NCBI RefSeq assembly: GCF_000247565.1
Contig: NC_016893.1
Span: forward strand, 30,001 to 62,000
Direction of reading: 5' to 3'
DNA length: 32,000 bases
Origin: Wigglesworthia glossinidia endosymbiont of Glossina morsitans morsitans (Yale colony)
GTDB lineage: Bacteria; Pseudomonadota; Gammaproteobacteria; Enterobacterales; Enterobacteriaceae
The notes below the pieces were generated by a model. The model was not told the origin of the DNA, did not search any database, and worked only from the letters and a program-made list of their open reading frames with translations. The position numbers were made by a program, and so were the translations under genes. Positions 11,054 through 19,751 of this stretch are shown piece after piece. Positions within the stretch are counted from its first letter, which is position 1, and each line of letters opens with the position of its first letter.

Positions 11054-12018
11054 AAAAAAACTCACCAACAACAATATTAATTAAATGGAGAAAAGCTCAA
11101 AATTCTAGTCATCACGGTGGCTCTTGGAAAATTGCATATGCTGATTTTATGACAGCAATGATGGCTTTTTTTTTAGTTATGTGGCTACTTAGCACAAGCA
11201 CTCCGCAGCAACGCGAACAAATTGCTGATTACTTTCGTATGCCAATAAAAGATAATTTAAACAAAAATCAAAAAACTAACATTCACTCTATACCTATGCC
11301 AGAAAATGGTGGAAGCACTATTCAAACAGAACATGCAAATCAAAGAAAAGAACAAGAACTAGCGCATCAAAAAGATATAAGAAGATTAAACAAAACACGT
11401 TATCATTTGCAACAAATATTAAAAAATGATCCAAGATTGCGTGATTTTCAACGAAATATGCATATTACTTTAGTACATGAAGGATTAAGAATTGAAATCG
11501 TTGACAGTAAAAAAAGACCAATGTTTACAACCGGAGGAAAAGAAATCGCACCATATATGAGATATATTATGCGTATAATAGCTCCGGTATTAAACGAATT
11601 ACCTAATCGTATTAGTTTGGCAGGTCATACTGATAATCAACCATACATTAACGGAGAACGTGGATATGGAAATTGGGAATTGTCTGCAGATCGTGCAAAT
11701 GCATCACGTCGTGAACTTGTAGAAGGTGGATTAATGAGCGATAAAATACTAAGGGTGATTGGTATGGCTAATACGATGGCAACAAAGCACAAACATTCTC
11801 ATTATGCATCACAAAGAAGAATTAGCATAGTTATTTTAACTCAAAAACAAGAGGCAGCCATCAAAAAAGAAAACAGTGAAAGTCATAGCGAATTTATTGA
11901 AACTAATGATGATCCAGCATCTCAATTATGGAAATTAGCTGCTCCTCAAGCATTTACTGGAAAAAATGAATTTCAACTGAAATCTAATTTGAATAATTTT
12001 ACAAAAAAAAATGAATAA
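11050..12018 (+). CDS. motB: Flagellar stator protein MotB
   Basis: 322 aa; HGGSWKIAYADFMTAMMAFFLVMWLLS (with the ion-binding Asp) and an OmpA-like domain (LAGHTDNQPY...WELSADRANASRRELVEGG); 4-nt overlap with motA. Confidence 0.97.
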   Translation: MKKNSPTTILIKWRKAQNSSHHGGSWKIAYADFMTAMMAFFLVMWLLSTSTPQQREQIADYFRMPIKDNLNKNQKTNIHSIPMPENGGSTIQTEHANQRKEQELAHQKDIRRLNKTRYHLQQILKNDPRLRDFQRNMHITLVHEGLRIEIVDSKKRPMFTTGGKEIAPYMRYIMRIIAPVLNELPNRISLAGHTDNQPYINGERGYGNWELSADRANASRRELVEGGLMSDKILRVIGMANTMATKHKHSHYASQRRISIVILTQKQEAAIKKENSESHSEFIETNDDPASQLWKLAAPQAFTGKNEFQLKSNLNNFTKKNE

Positions 12019-12089
12019 TAATTTTTTAACTTAGTTTATTAAAAATAAATGTATTTATTATATATATAAAAAATAAATAAGAAATCATA

Positions 12090-13241
12090 ATGAATCATAA
12101 TGAATCAGAAAAACACGAAGACCCCACTCCGCATCGTTTAAAAAAAGCTAGATTTGAAGGAAATATACCACGTTCAAGAGATCTCTCTTCTTTAGTTACA
12201 TTATTTTTTGGGTGGCTTATCTTTGTTTTTTTAGGAAATCATTTAATCAAATATATAAAAATTTTTATTACAAAAAACTTAAACTTTGGGTTTCTTCAAG
12301 AAGAAGAAAACAATTTTATTCTATTTAATTTTTATTCATCAATAAAAGATATTTTTTTTATTTTAATGATAATTTTTATTTCTATCATCATAGTATCTAT
12401 CGGAACCTCCGGTTTGTTAGGAGGATGGGTATTAATTAAGAAACCTTTACGTATTGATTTTTCTAGAATAAATCCATATAGAGGAATTAAAAAAATATTT
12501 GAAAATAATATTTTTTTTGAAATGATTAAAACAGTTTTTAAATTTATTTTAACATTTACGTTTTGTATTTTATACCTATGGTTTATGCAATTCAAAATTG
12601 CAGATTTATCTAGCAACTACTATTTATTTGCGATAGAAAAAAGCGTATTAATAATTAAAAAATGTGTTTTTTTAATACTTTTAAGTCTTGTTCCTATTGT
12701 AGGATTCGATATATTATTTCAATTATTTAACTTCAAAAAAAAGTTAAAAATGTCACGTCTTGAAATTCAAGATGAAAATAAAGAAAATGAAGGCAATCCA
12801 CAATTAAAAAATTTTATACGTCAAAAACAACGTAAATTAGCATATCATCGTATGATGAATAATATTAAAAAAGCAGATGTAATTATATTAAATCCAATTC
12901 ATTATGCAGTTGCTTTAAAATATGAACAAAAAAAAATGCATGCTCCTGTTCTTTTAGCGAAAGGATCAGGAAATATTGCAAAAAAAATTAAAGAAAAAGC
13001 ACAAAAATATTTTGTTCCTATCATACAAATACCTAGTTTAGCTCAAATATTATATAAATATTGTCGTATTGGAGAATATATCCCATCAGAATTGTATGAA
13101 TCTGTTGCTAAAGTTTTAACATGGGTGTACAACTTAAAAAGTTGGAGAAATTTAGGTGGCATTCCTCCTGAAAAACCAACTAATATCAACGTTCCTAATA
13201 TACTAAAATTTTCAAAAAATCGGAAAATTTCGAATGAATAA
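12090..13241 (+). CDS. flhB: Flagellar type III export switch protein FlhB
   Basis: 383 aa; DPTPHRLKKARFEGNIPRSRDL, cytoplasmic MSRLEIQDENKENEGNPQLK, and autocleavage region ILNPIHYAVALKYE. Confidence 0.96.
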   Translation: MNHNESEKHEDPTPHRLKKARFEGNIPRSRDLSSLVTLFFGWLIFVFLGNHLIKYIKIFITKNLNFGFLQEEENNFILFNFYSSIKDIFFILMIIFISIIIVSIGTSGLLGGWVLIKKPLRIDFSRINPYRGIKKIFENNIFFEMIKTVFKFILTFTFCILYLWFMQFKIADLSSNYYLFAIEKSVLIIKKCVFLILLSLVPIVGFDILFQLFNFKKKLKMSRLEIQDENKENEGNPQLKNFIRQKQRKLAYHRMMNNIKKADVIILNPIHYAVALKYEQKKMHAPVLLAKGSGNIAKKIKEKAQKYFVPIIQIPSLAQILYKYCRIGEYIPSELYESVAKVLTWVYNLKSWRNLGGIPPEKPTNINVPNILKFSKNRKISNE

Positions 13242-15339
13242 TACAGGCGATAATTTAATTTTTTTAAAAAAATTTTTTAATCAAATTAAATATAAAATGC
13301 TTGCAGGACCAATAATCATATTTATGATTTTGTTTATGATGATTTTGCCTTTACCTGCATTTATTTTAGACGTTATGTTCACTTTTAATATTGTATTTTC
13401 AATTATCATTCTTCTGTTAACTATGTTCACTCGTAGTATTTTGGACTTTTTAATTTTTCCTACTATACTTTTGTTTTCAACGCTTTTAAGGCTTGCATTA
13501 AATATTGCATCTTCTCGTATAATTTTATTAAATGGTCAATATGGAAATTCCGCTGCAGGAAAAATTATAGATGCTTTTGGAAATTTTTTAGTTGGTGGAA
13601 ATTTTGCAGTAGGTATTATAGTTTTTTCCATGTTAGTAATTATCAATTTTATGGTAGTTACAAAAGGTTCAGTACGCATTGCCGAAGTAGGTGCTAGATT
13701 TATTTTAGATGGAATGCCAGGCAAACAAATGGCTATTGATGCCGATTTAAATTCCGGATTAATTGGAGAAGAAGAAGCAAAAAAAAGACGAGCAGAAATT
13801 ACGCAAGAATCAGATTTTTATGGATCAATGGATGGAGCCAGTAAGTTTGTTCGTGGAGATGCAGTAGCAGGAATACTGATTATGATGATTAATTTAATTG
13901 GAGGTTTGTTAATCGGAACAATGCAGCATAATATGGACATATTAAGTGCAGGCAAAACATATACTATTTTAACTGTAGGAGATGGATTAATTGCACAAAT
14001 TCCAGCATTAATTATTTCTACAGCTGCAGGAGTAATTGTTACTAGAGTAACTACACAACAAAATGTTAGTGAGCAAATTTTGTCTCAATTATTTAATAAT
14101 CCAAAAGTAATTTTTTTATCAGCATTAATTATAGGGGTTTTTGGCTTAATCCCGGGTATGCCAAACACAATATTTTTGTTTTTTACTTGTTTATTACTTT
14201 TTATAACATGGAAATTATCAAAACAATTAGATACAAACAGCATAAAAATCACCAAAACACCAAATTCTAATTTGCAAAAAAATAATAAAATTTTTAATGA
14301 AGCTACATGGAATGATGTGCATCAAGAAGATGCACTTGGATTAGAAGTAGGTTATAAACTTATCAATATGGTAGACAATAACAAAAATAATGGGATATTA
14401 CTAAAAAGAATAAAAGGTATTAGAAAACAATTTGCTCGAGAAATGGGTTTTTTGCCTCCTGTGATACATATTCGTGATAATTTAGAAATTACACCGATCT
14501 GTTATCGTATTTTATTAAATGGAGTTGAAATTGGATCAAACGAAGTATATCCTGAAAAAATCATGGCAATTAATCCAGGTTTTATTAAAAAAGATCTGAT
14601 CGGAAAAACATGTTATGAACCGGCATTTGGATTACCAGCAGTATGGATTAGCAAAGATATGCAAGAAGAAGCAAATTCAATTGGTTATACAATAGTTGAT
14701 GCAAGCACAGTAATTGCTACACATTTTCATTCTATTTTAATGCAATATGCAGGAGAATTATTTGGAAGACAAGAAGCTCAAAATTTACTGGAACATCTTA
14801 AAAAAACTACACCAAAATTAGTAGATGGACTTATTCCTGAAATAATTTCTATTACAACATTTAATAAAATATTAAAAAACTTACTTACAGAACAAATTTC
14901 CATCAGAGATATGCGATCAATCATCGATTGTCTTGCAGAAAATTGTCCACAACAAAATGATATTGAAATTTTAACAAGTTTAGTGCGTCAAAAATTAGGA
15001 AGATTTATTACACAAAATTGGTTTCCAAAAAATCAATATAAAAATGAAATTCAAGCAATTGGATTAGATTCGAAATTAGAAAAATTATTAATAGATACTG
15101 TAAAAAGCGGAAGCGCTTTAGAGCCAAAGATCGTCGAAAATCTTATAAAAAATGTTTCTTATGCTTTAAAAAATCAAAAAAAATTAAAAGCACCTTACGT
15201 ATTGTTAGTTAATCCTGTTATACGTAACGTATTATCGCGTCTATTAAGAAATTCATTTCCAAAAATTACTGTGCTATCTACTCTAGAAATTATTGATACA
15301 AGACCGATTAAATTTACTTCAATTATTGATTTTAAATAA
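13234..15339 (+). CDS. flhA: Flagellar type III export protein FlhA
   Basis: 701 aa; NIASSRIILLNGQYGNSAAGKIIDAFGNFLVGGNFAVGIIVF, FILDGMPGKQMAIDADLNSGLI; 8-nt overlap with flhB. Confidence 0.97.
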   Translation: MNNTGDNLIFLKKFFNQIKYKMLAGPIIIFMILFMMILPLPAFILDVMFTFNIVFSIIILLLTMFTRSILDFLIFPTILLFSTLLRLALNIASSRIILLNGQYGNSAAGKIIDAFGNFLVGGNFAVGIIVFSMLVIINFMVVTKGSVRIAEVGARFILDGMPGKQMAIDADLNSGLIGEEEAKKRRAEITQESDFYGSMDGASKFVRGDAVAGILIMMINLIGGLLIGTMQHNMDILSAGKTYTILTVGDGLIAQIPALIISTAAGVIVTRVTTQQNVSEQILSQLFNNPKVIFLSALIIGVFGLIPGMPNTIFLFFTCLLLFITWKLSKQLDTNSIKITKTPNSNLQKNNKIFNEATWNDVHQEDALGLEVGYKLINMVDNNKNNGILLKRIKGIRKQFAREMGFLPPVIHIRDNLEITPICYRILLNGVEIGSNEVYPEKIMAINPGFIKKDLIGKTCYEPAFGLPAVWISKDMQEEANSIGYTIVDASTVIATHFHSILMQYAGELFGRQEAQNLLEHLKKTTPKLVDGLIPEIISITTFNKILKNLLTEQISIRDMRSIIDCLAENCPQQNDIEILTSLVRQKLGRFITQNWFPKNQYKNEIQAIGLDSKLEKLLIDTVKSGSALEPKIVENLIKNVSYALKNQKKLKAPYVLLVNPVIRNVLSRLLRNSFPKITVLSTLEIIDTRPIKFTSIIDFK

Positions 15340-15351
15340 GCTTTAAAGAGT

Positions 15352-15822
15352 TTAAGCTTTACTCTGAAAATTTTTTGTAAGTAATTTATACGAATTTCCG
15401 TCGGAACGGTAAAATGTTGCTTCTGGAATAACTTGTGTAAATTTTTTTTGTAACGTGTTCACAAAATTCATTTGAGTACTAATTTTTTGATTATTTTTTT
15501 CATTTCTTTCATAAACTTCATGCGTGATGCTTTGTATTTTTTTCCATAAATTTTGGGATTTAGGATGTTTTAAATCATTAGATCGAATATTCAAAGTTTT
15601 TTCTAGAGAAATTCGTTTTTTGTCTAATTCATTTAATTTATTAACTATCTTTTGTTTTTTTTCGATAATAAATTGAATTTTTAAATAATTTACAGGTGTA
15701 GTAGACAAAAAATTTGCTTCTAAATTTAATATAAACTTGAATTTTTTTAAATTGTAAAAGATGTGATTTAAAGTTTTATGCAGTTCTTCAAAAGAACATA
15801 AATTAATTGTATTATTTTTCAT
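15352..15822 (-). CDS. flgN: Flagellar type III chaperone FlgN
   Basis: 156-aa helical ORF just downstream of flgA on the same strand, with FlgN-like C-terminal ATFYRSDG; convergent with flhA. Confidence 0.72.
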   Translation of the reverse strand: MKNNTINLCSFEELHKTLNHIFYNLKKFKFILNLEANFLSTTPVNYLKIQFIIEKKQKIVNKLNELDKKRISLEKTLNIRSNDLKHPKSQNLWKKIQSITHEVYERNEKNNQKISTQMNFVNTLQKKFTQVIPEATFYRSDGNSYKLLTKNFQSKA

Positions 15823-15922
15823 ATTCTAATCAGTACGAAATTTAAAGTTTCTTAAAAAATTAATAATTTTCTTTAATATCTGTATTTAAAAAAAATTTTT
15901 TGGAAATAAATAACACAGTATT

Positions 15923-15949
15923 TTATCGACAAAATATAATTTTTCTTAA
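15923..15949 (-). promoter_or_regulatory. Weak candidate sigma-28 promoter upstream of flgN (possible surviving flgMN promoter)
   Basis: On the minus strand, TTAAGAAA (15949-15942), 11 nt, GTCGATAA (15930-15923). The -10 matches GCCGATAA at 7 of 8; the -35 is poor (4 of 8). Confidence 0.35.
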
Positions 15950-15951
15950 AA

Positions 15952-16638
15952 TTATTTTATATTGAAAACTAACATGTTATCTGAATTTAAAATTCCTTGA
16001 ATAAATTTTCCAGATGGTAATTTTACTTTTAATATGTCTCCTATAACAGCGTTTTTCATGGCAATTCCATAATAGCGGATTCGGAATCCATTTCCAATAA
16101 GTTCAATAAAGATCTTATCGCCTTGATGTACATTCCAAGGGTCGCGTATCATACTAAAAGTAACAGGTTGTCCAACCCCGATCAATCTTGTAGAAATTGT
16201 TCCTATTATAGGATAATTAGATAAAACAAGATCATTAGGTAAATTAGTAATTTCACCATATGTTTGATGAATATGAGTTTTTTTAATAGTTGTTTTAGGT
16301 TTGATAAGAACAGATGATTTATAATATTTTGAATAACTTTTTATATTAATTTTGAAAATATATTTTTTATTTGTACATTGTATATTGACAATTGAAATAT
16401 TATTGATATTTATATAATTAGTCATATAAAGTTTTGGTTTTATGCAATTATCTTCAATAAATTTAGGAGAAAGAATAAAAATTTTATATTCCACTAATTT
16501 GCTATTATTTCGTTCATATAATAATTTTTCTATTTCTGGAATTAAAAAGTCTGAATTTTTTGCCAATATCTTAAATTCAAAAAAAAGTGTAAATAAAATA
16601 AAAACTAAAAAATTTTTTAAATTTTTTTTCATATGCAA
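15952..16638 (-). CDS. flgA: Flagellar P-ring assembly chaperone FlgA
   Basis: 228 aa; signal-like N-terminus, RLIGVGQPVTFSMIRDPWNVHQGDKIFIELIGNGFRIRYYGIAMKNAVIGDILKVKLPSGKFIQGI; divergent from flgB. Confidence 0.92.
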   Translation of the reverse strand: MHMKKNLKNFLVFILFTLFFEFKILAKNSDFLIPEIEKLLYERNNSKLVEYKIFILSPKFIEDNCIKPKLYMTNYININNISIVNIQCTNKKYIFKINIKSYSKYYKSSVLIKPKTTIKKTHIHQTYGEITNLPNDLVLSNYPIIGTISTRLIGVGQPVTFSMIRDPWNVHQGDKIFIELIGNGFRIRYYGIAMKNAVIGDILKVKLPSGKFIQGILNSDNMLVFNIK

Positions 16639-16688
16639 TTTTTCTTAAAAAATGTTGAAGTAAATCCATTAAAATTTTAAATTATGAT

Positions 16689-16729
16689 AACCGTAAATAA
16701 GCAAAAAACATTGTGTTATTTTCTCCATT
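16689..16729. promoter_or_regulatory. Candidate FlhD4C2 binding box between divergent flgA and flgB
   Basis: AACCGTAAATAAGC (16689-16702), 10 nt, GTGTTATTTTCTCCATT (16713-16729; minus strand AATGGAGAAAATAACAC). This approximates AAYGS-N2/3-AAATARCG inverted halves with N10-12 spacing; the right half is good, the left half degenerate. Confidence 0.5.
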
Positions 16730-16787
16730 AAAAATGTCTAATAACTATTAGCATATTGTTCGGACAAATTTTATTAAAATATACCGT

Positions 16788-17204
16788 ATGTTAGATAAAC
16801 TAGAACGATATTTAAATTTTCAAAAAATTGCCATGAATACTTTTCGCGTCAGACAAGAAATATTAGCGGCAAATATAGCTAACGCAGATACTCCAAAATA
16901 TCAATCACGTGATATCAATTTTGAAAAAATACTGCGTGAAGCTTCAAATTCAGAAGAAAAAGAAAAAAATTCCATAATAAATTTAAATTTAACATCAAAA
17001 AATCATCTTAATAGAAAAAATATACAATATTTTTTTAAAAACTTACTTTATCGAACACCTGATCAGCCTTCAGCCGATCAAAATACAGTAGACATGAATC
17101 GAGAAAGAATAAATTTTCTTGAAAATAGTATTAAATATTATGCAAGCATTACAATTACAAACGGATATATTAAAAATATGATGTCTGTATTATATAAAGG
17201 ATAA
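16788..17204 (+). CDS. flgB: Flagellar proximal rod protein FlgB
   Basis: 138 aa; RQEILAANIANADTPKYQSRDINF. Confidence 0.95.
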   Translation: MLDKLERYLNFQKIAMNTFRVRQEILAANIANADTPKYQSRDINFEKILREASNSEEKEKNSIINLNLTSKNHLNRKNIQYFFKNLLYRTPDQPSADQNTVDMNRERINFLENSIKYYASITITNGYIKNMMSVLYKG

Positions 17205-17207
17205 ATT

Positions 17208-17606
17208 ATGCTAAATATTTTAAAAATTTCTGGATCAGCTTTATTTGCGCAATCTTGCCGAATTAATATAAGCGCGAGTAATATAGCAAATTCAGAAAGT
17301 GTTGATAAAAATGGAGATCCATATCAATCTAAACAAGTAATTTTTCAATTAGATAATAATAATCATAAAAATCAAATAGGTGGAGTTAAAATAAAAAAAA
17401 TTATTAATGATAAAAAACCATTAAAATTAATATATGATCCTCATCATCCAAAAGCTAACGAATATGGATATGTAAAAATGTCAAATGTAAATATAATTGA
17501 AGAAATGGTGAATACAATTTCTGCATCTAGAAGTTATCAAGCAAACATTGAAGTCATCAATACAGCGCGTTCAATGATATTAAAAACATTATCTTTAGGA
17601 CAATAA
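17208..17606 (+). CDS. flgC: Flagellar proximal rod protein FlgC
   Basis: 132 aa; SALFAQSCRINISASNIANSESVDKNGDPYQSKQVIF, SRSYQANIEVINTARSMILKTL. Confidence 0.95.
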   Translation: MLNILKISGSALFAQSCRINISASNIANSESVDKNGDPYQSKQVIFQLDNNNHKNQIGGVKIKKIINDKKPLKLIYDPHHPKANEYGYVKMSNVNIIEEMVNTISASRSYQANIEVINTARSMILKTLSLGQ

Positions 17607-17638
17607 ATACTAAATCAAATTTTCAAAAAAAATGAAAA

Positions 17639-18469
17639 ATGAATATTCCAACAAAACAAATCAATATACAAAAAATATTAGACGAAAATAATATTTATTT
17701 AGATACAATTCATCATAATCGCATAAAAAAGCGTAGCATTTTCCCAGAAAAATTTTCTGAAAGTATAAAAAATAATTTTCAAGATGATCGAAATTTTTCC
17801 GAAATATACAGTATAGAGAATCAAAAAAATTTTGATAAAAATTCTCAAATAAATAACAGTAATCTTGAATCATTAACAAATAATTTTTTAAAAATGATCT
17901 TAGTGCAAATAAAAAATCAAGATCCCACACATCCTATAGATAATAATCATTTAACATCACAAATGACACAAATGCACACCGCATTGGGAATAGAAAAATT
18001 AAGCAAAATTATGCAAGAAATAAAAAATACAAACAATAATACTCAAGCAATTAATTTATCCAATTGGATTGGACATACAATTATGATTTCCGGGAATCCA
18101 GTAGTATCATTCGAAGGTAAAAAAAATTACGGATTTAAACTCGCTTCGAAAGCCGATCACGTGATCTTGAATTTAACAGATACATCAGGAAATTCATATG
18201 TAGAAAATTATTACAATTTAAAACCTGGGATTTATAAATTAAATATTAATAACAATCGTACTGTTCCAGAAATACATTCCAGTAGTAATGAAAAAAATAA
18301 TATATTTAGAGTCAGTTTTGAAGCATTTAATAACAATGGAGATCGTCCGGAAATTTATGCGTTAAAATCCGAAAAAATTAATAACATCATTTTTAAAAAT
18401 GGTCAGTCTAAATTAGCTTTAGAAAAAGGAAATTTAATCGACGTTAAAGATGTCATTTCTATTGAATAA
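17639..18469 (+). CDS. flgD: Flagellar hook-capping protein FlgD
   Basis: 276 aa; FLKMILVQIKNQDPTHPIDNNHLTSQMTQMHTALGIEKL. Confidence 0.95.
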   Translation: MNIPTKQINIQKILDENNIYLDTIHHNRIKKRSIFPEKFSESIKNNFQDDRNFSEIYSIENQKNFDKNSQINNSNLESLTNNFLKMILVQIKNQDPTHPIDNNHLTSQMTQMHTALGIEKLSKIMQEIKNTNNNTQAINLSNWIGHTIMISGNPVVSFEGKKNYGFKLASKADHVILNLTDTSGNSYVENYYNLKPGIYKLNINNNRTVPEIHSSSNEKNNIFRVSFEAFNNNGDRPEIYALKSEKINNIIFKNGQSKLALEKGNLIDVKDVISIE

Positions 18470-18519
18470 AAATTTTCATAATAAAAATTAAAAAAATATA
18501 AATAACTAGGAAATAAAAT

Positions 18520-19746
18520 ATGAGTTTTTCTCAAGGTATCAACGGAATTAATTCAGCATCACAAGCTCTAGATGTTATTGGAAATAATATTGCAAATTCT
18601 CAAACAGTAGGTTTCAAGTCTTCCGCTATATCATTTTCTGATATATTTTCAGGCGCAATTGGATTAGGTTCACAAACATCTGGTATAACACAAAATTTCG
18701 AGAATGGATCAATGTTATCCAGTGCAAAAAATTTAGATCTTGCGATTTCTGGAAATGGATTTTTTCGATTATCAGATAATGGAGGTCAAGTTTATTTTAC
18801 TAGAAATGGAGAATTTAAATTAAATTCTAACAAACAAATTGTTAATTTTCAAAATAAGTTTCTTACAGGATATCAAGCAACAGGTAATCCTCCCTCCATT
18901 AGCACGGGATCTCCTATAGAAAATATTTTTTTACCAGACGATTCAATGTATCCTATGGCTTCTACAAAAGGCAGCATTCAAGGAAACTTAAAATCAAATG
19001 ATGTACCTCCAAAAATAGAACAATTTCAATTTAATAATCCAGACAGCTACAACTTCACTAGTCAGTTAGAAGCTTATGATAGTCTAGGAAAAAAACATAT
19101 TATTAAGATTTTTTATGTAAAAAATAAAGAAGACGGTAATTGGACAGTGAACGGATACGACGAAACAGCGCCAATTATGAACGGACAAAACATTGACATT
19201 AAATCTGTTTCAATTTCATTTGATGAAAATGGAAATTTAAAAAAATCTGGAGAAATTTATCCACAACTTACCATACCAAGTTCGAGTATTAATGGATCTA
19301 AAGCATTCGAAGTAACAATATCCATGAATCAGTTAATTCAGCAAGAATCCGAAAATAAAATTTATAATCAAAAAATTGACGGATACGGAGTAGGAAAATT
19401 TATTGACTATACAATAAGTAATTCCGGTAAAATAATTGCTAATTATAGTAATGGACAAACTCAACTAATTGCACAAATAGTAATGGCAAACTTTACTAAT
19501 CCATCTGGATTAAAATCAACTGGGGAAAATTGCTGGATAGAGACCGAAGAATCAGGAGCTGCAACACTTGGAACTTCTGAATCTGGAGGCTTTGGTCAAA
19601 TTTTAGGAAAAAAATTAGAATCTTCAAATGTAGATATAAGTAATGAATTAGTAAAGATGATGATACAGCAAAGCAATTATCAATCTAATGCTCAAACAAT
19701 AAAAACACAAGATCAACTATTACAAGTTTTAGTAAATATGAGGTAA
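18520..19746 (+). CDS. flgE: Flagellar hook protein FlgE
   Basis: 408 aa; SFSQGINGINSASQALDVIGNNIANSQTVGFKSS, SSNVDISNELVKMMIQQSNYQSNAQTIKTQDQLL. Confidence 0.97.
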   Translation: MSFSQGINGINSASQALDVIGNNIANSQTVGFKSSAISFSDIFSGAIGLGSQTSGITQNFENGSMLSSAKNLDLAISGNGFFRLSDNGGQVYFTRNGEFKLNSNKQIVNFQNKFLTGYQATGNPPSISTGSPIENIFLPDDSMYPMASTKGSIQGNLKSNDVPPKIEQFQFNNPDSYNFTSQLEAYDSLGKKHIIKIFYVKNKEDGNWTVNGYDETAPIMNGQNIDIKSVSISFDENGNLKKSGEIYPQLTIPSSSINGSKAFEVTISMNQLIQQESENKIYNQKIDGYGVGKFIDYTISNSGKIIANYSNGQTQLIAQIVMANFTNPSGLKSTGENCWIETEESGAATLGTSESGGFGQILGKKLESSNVDISNELVKMMIQQSNYQSNAQTIKTQDQLLQVLVNMR

Positions 19747-19751
19747 TTACT

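Noticed and set aside
12045-12065. AATAAAT-GT-ATTTATT inverted repeat between motB and flhB
   Set aside because: Pure A/T arms in a nearly pure A/T spacer; such repeats are expected by chance.
12332-13724. Minus-strand ORFs 12332-12616 and 13536-13724
   Set aside because: Antisense to flhB and flhA, no supporting motifs or ribosome-binding context.
15347-15365. Possible bidirectional terminator AGAGT-TTAAGCTTT-ACTCT between flhA and flgN
   Set aside because: Only a 5-bp stem with a 9-nt loop and interrupted U-runs; plausible at a convergent junction but too weak to list as a feature.
15843-15850. Exact sigma-28 -35 string TAAAGTTT on the plus strand in the flgN-flgA gap
   Set aside because: No GCCGATAA-like -10 follows at N11 and no plus-strand gene starts there; chance match.
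17661-17930. Minus-strand 89-aa ORF opposite flgD
   Set aside because: Antisense shadow of the AT-rich variable part of flgD; composition-driven.
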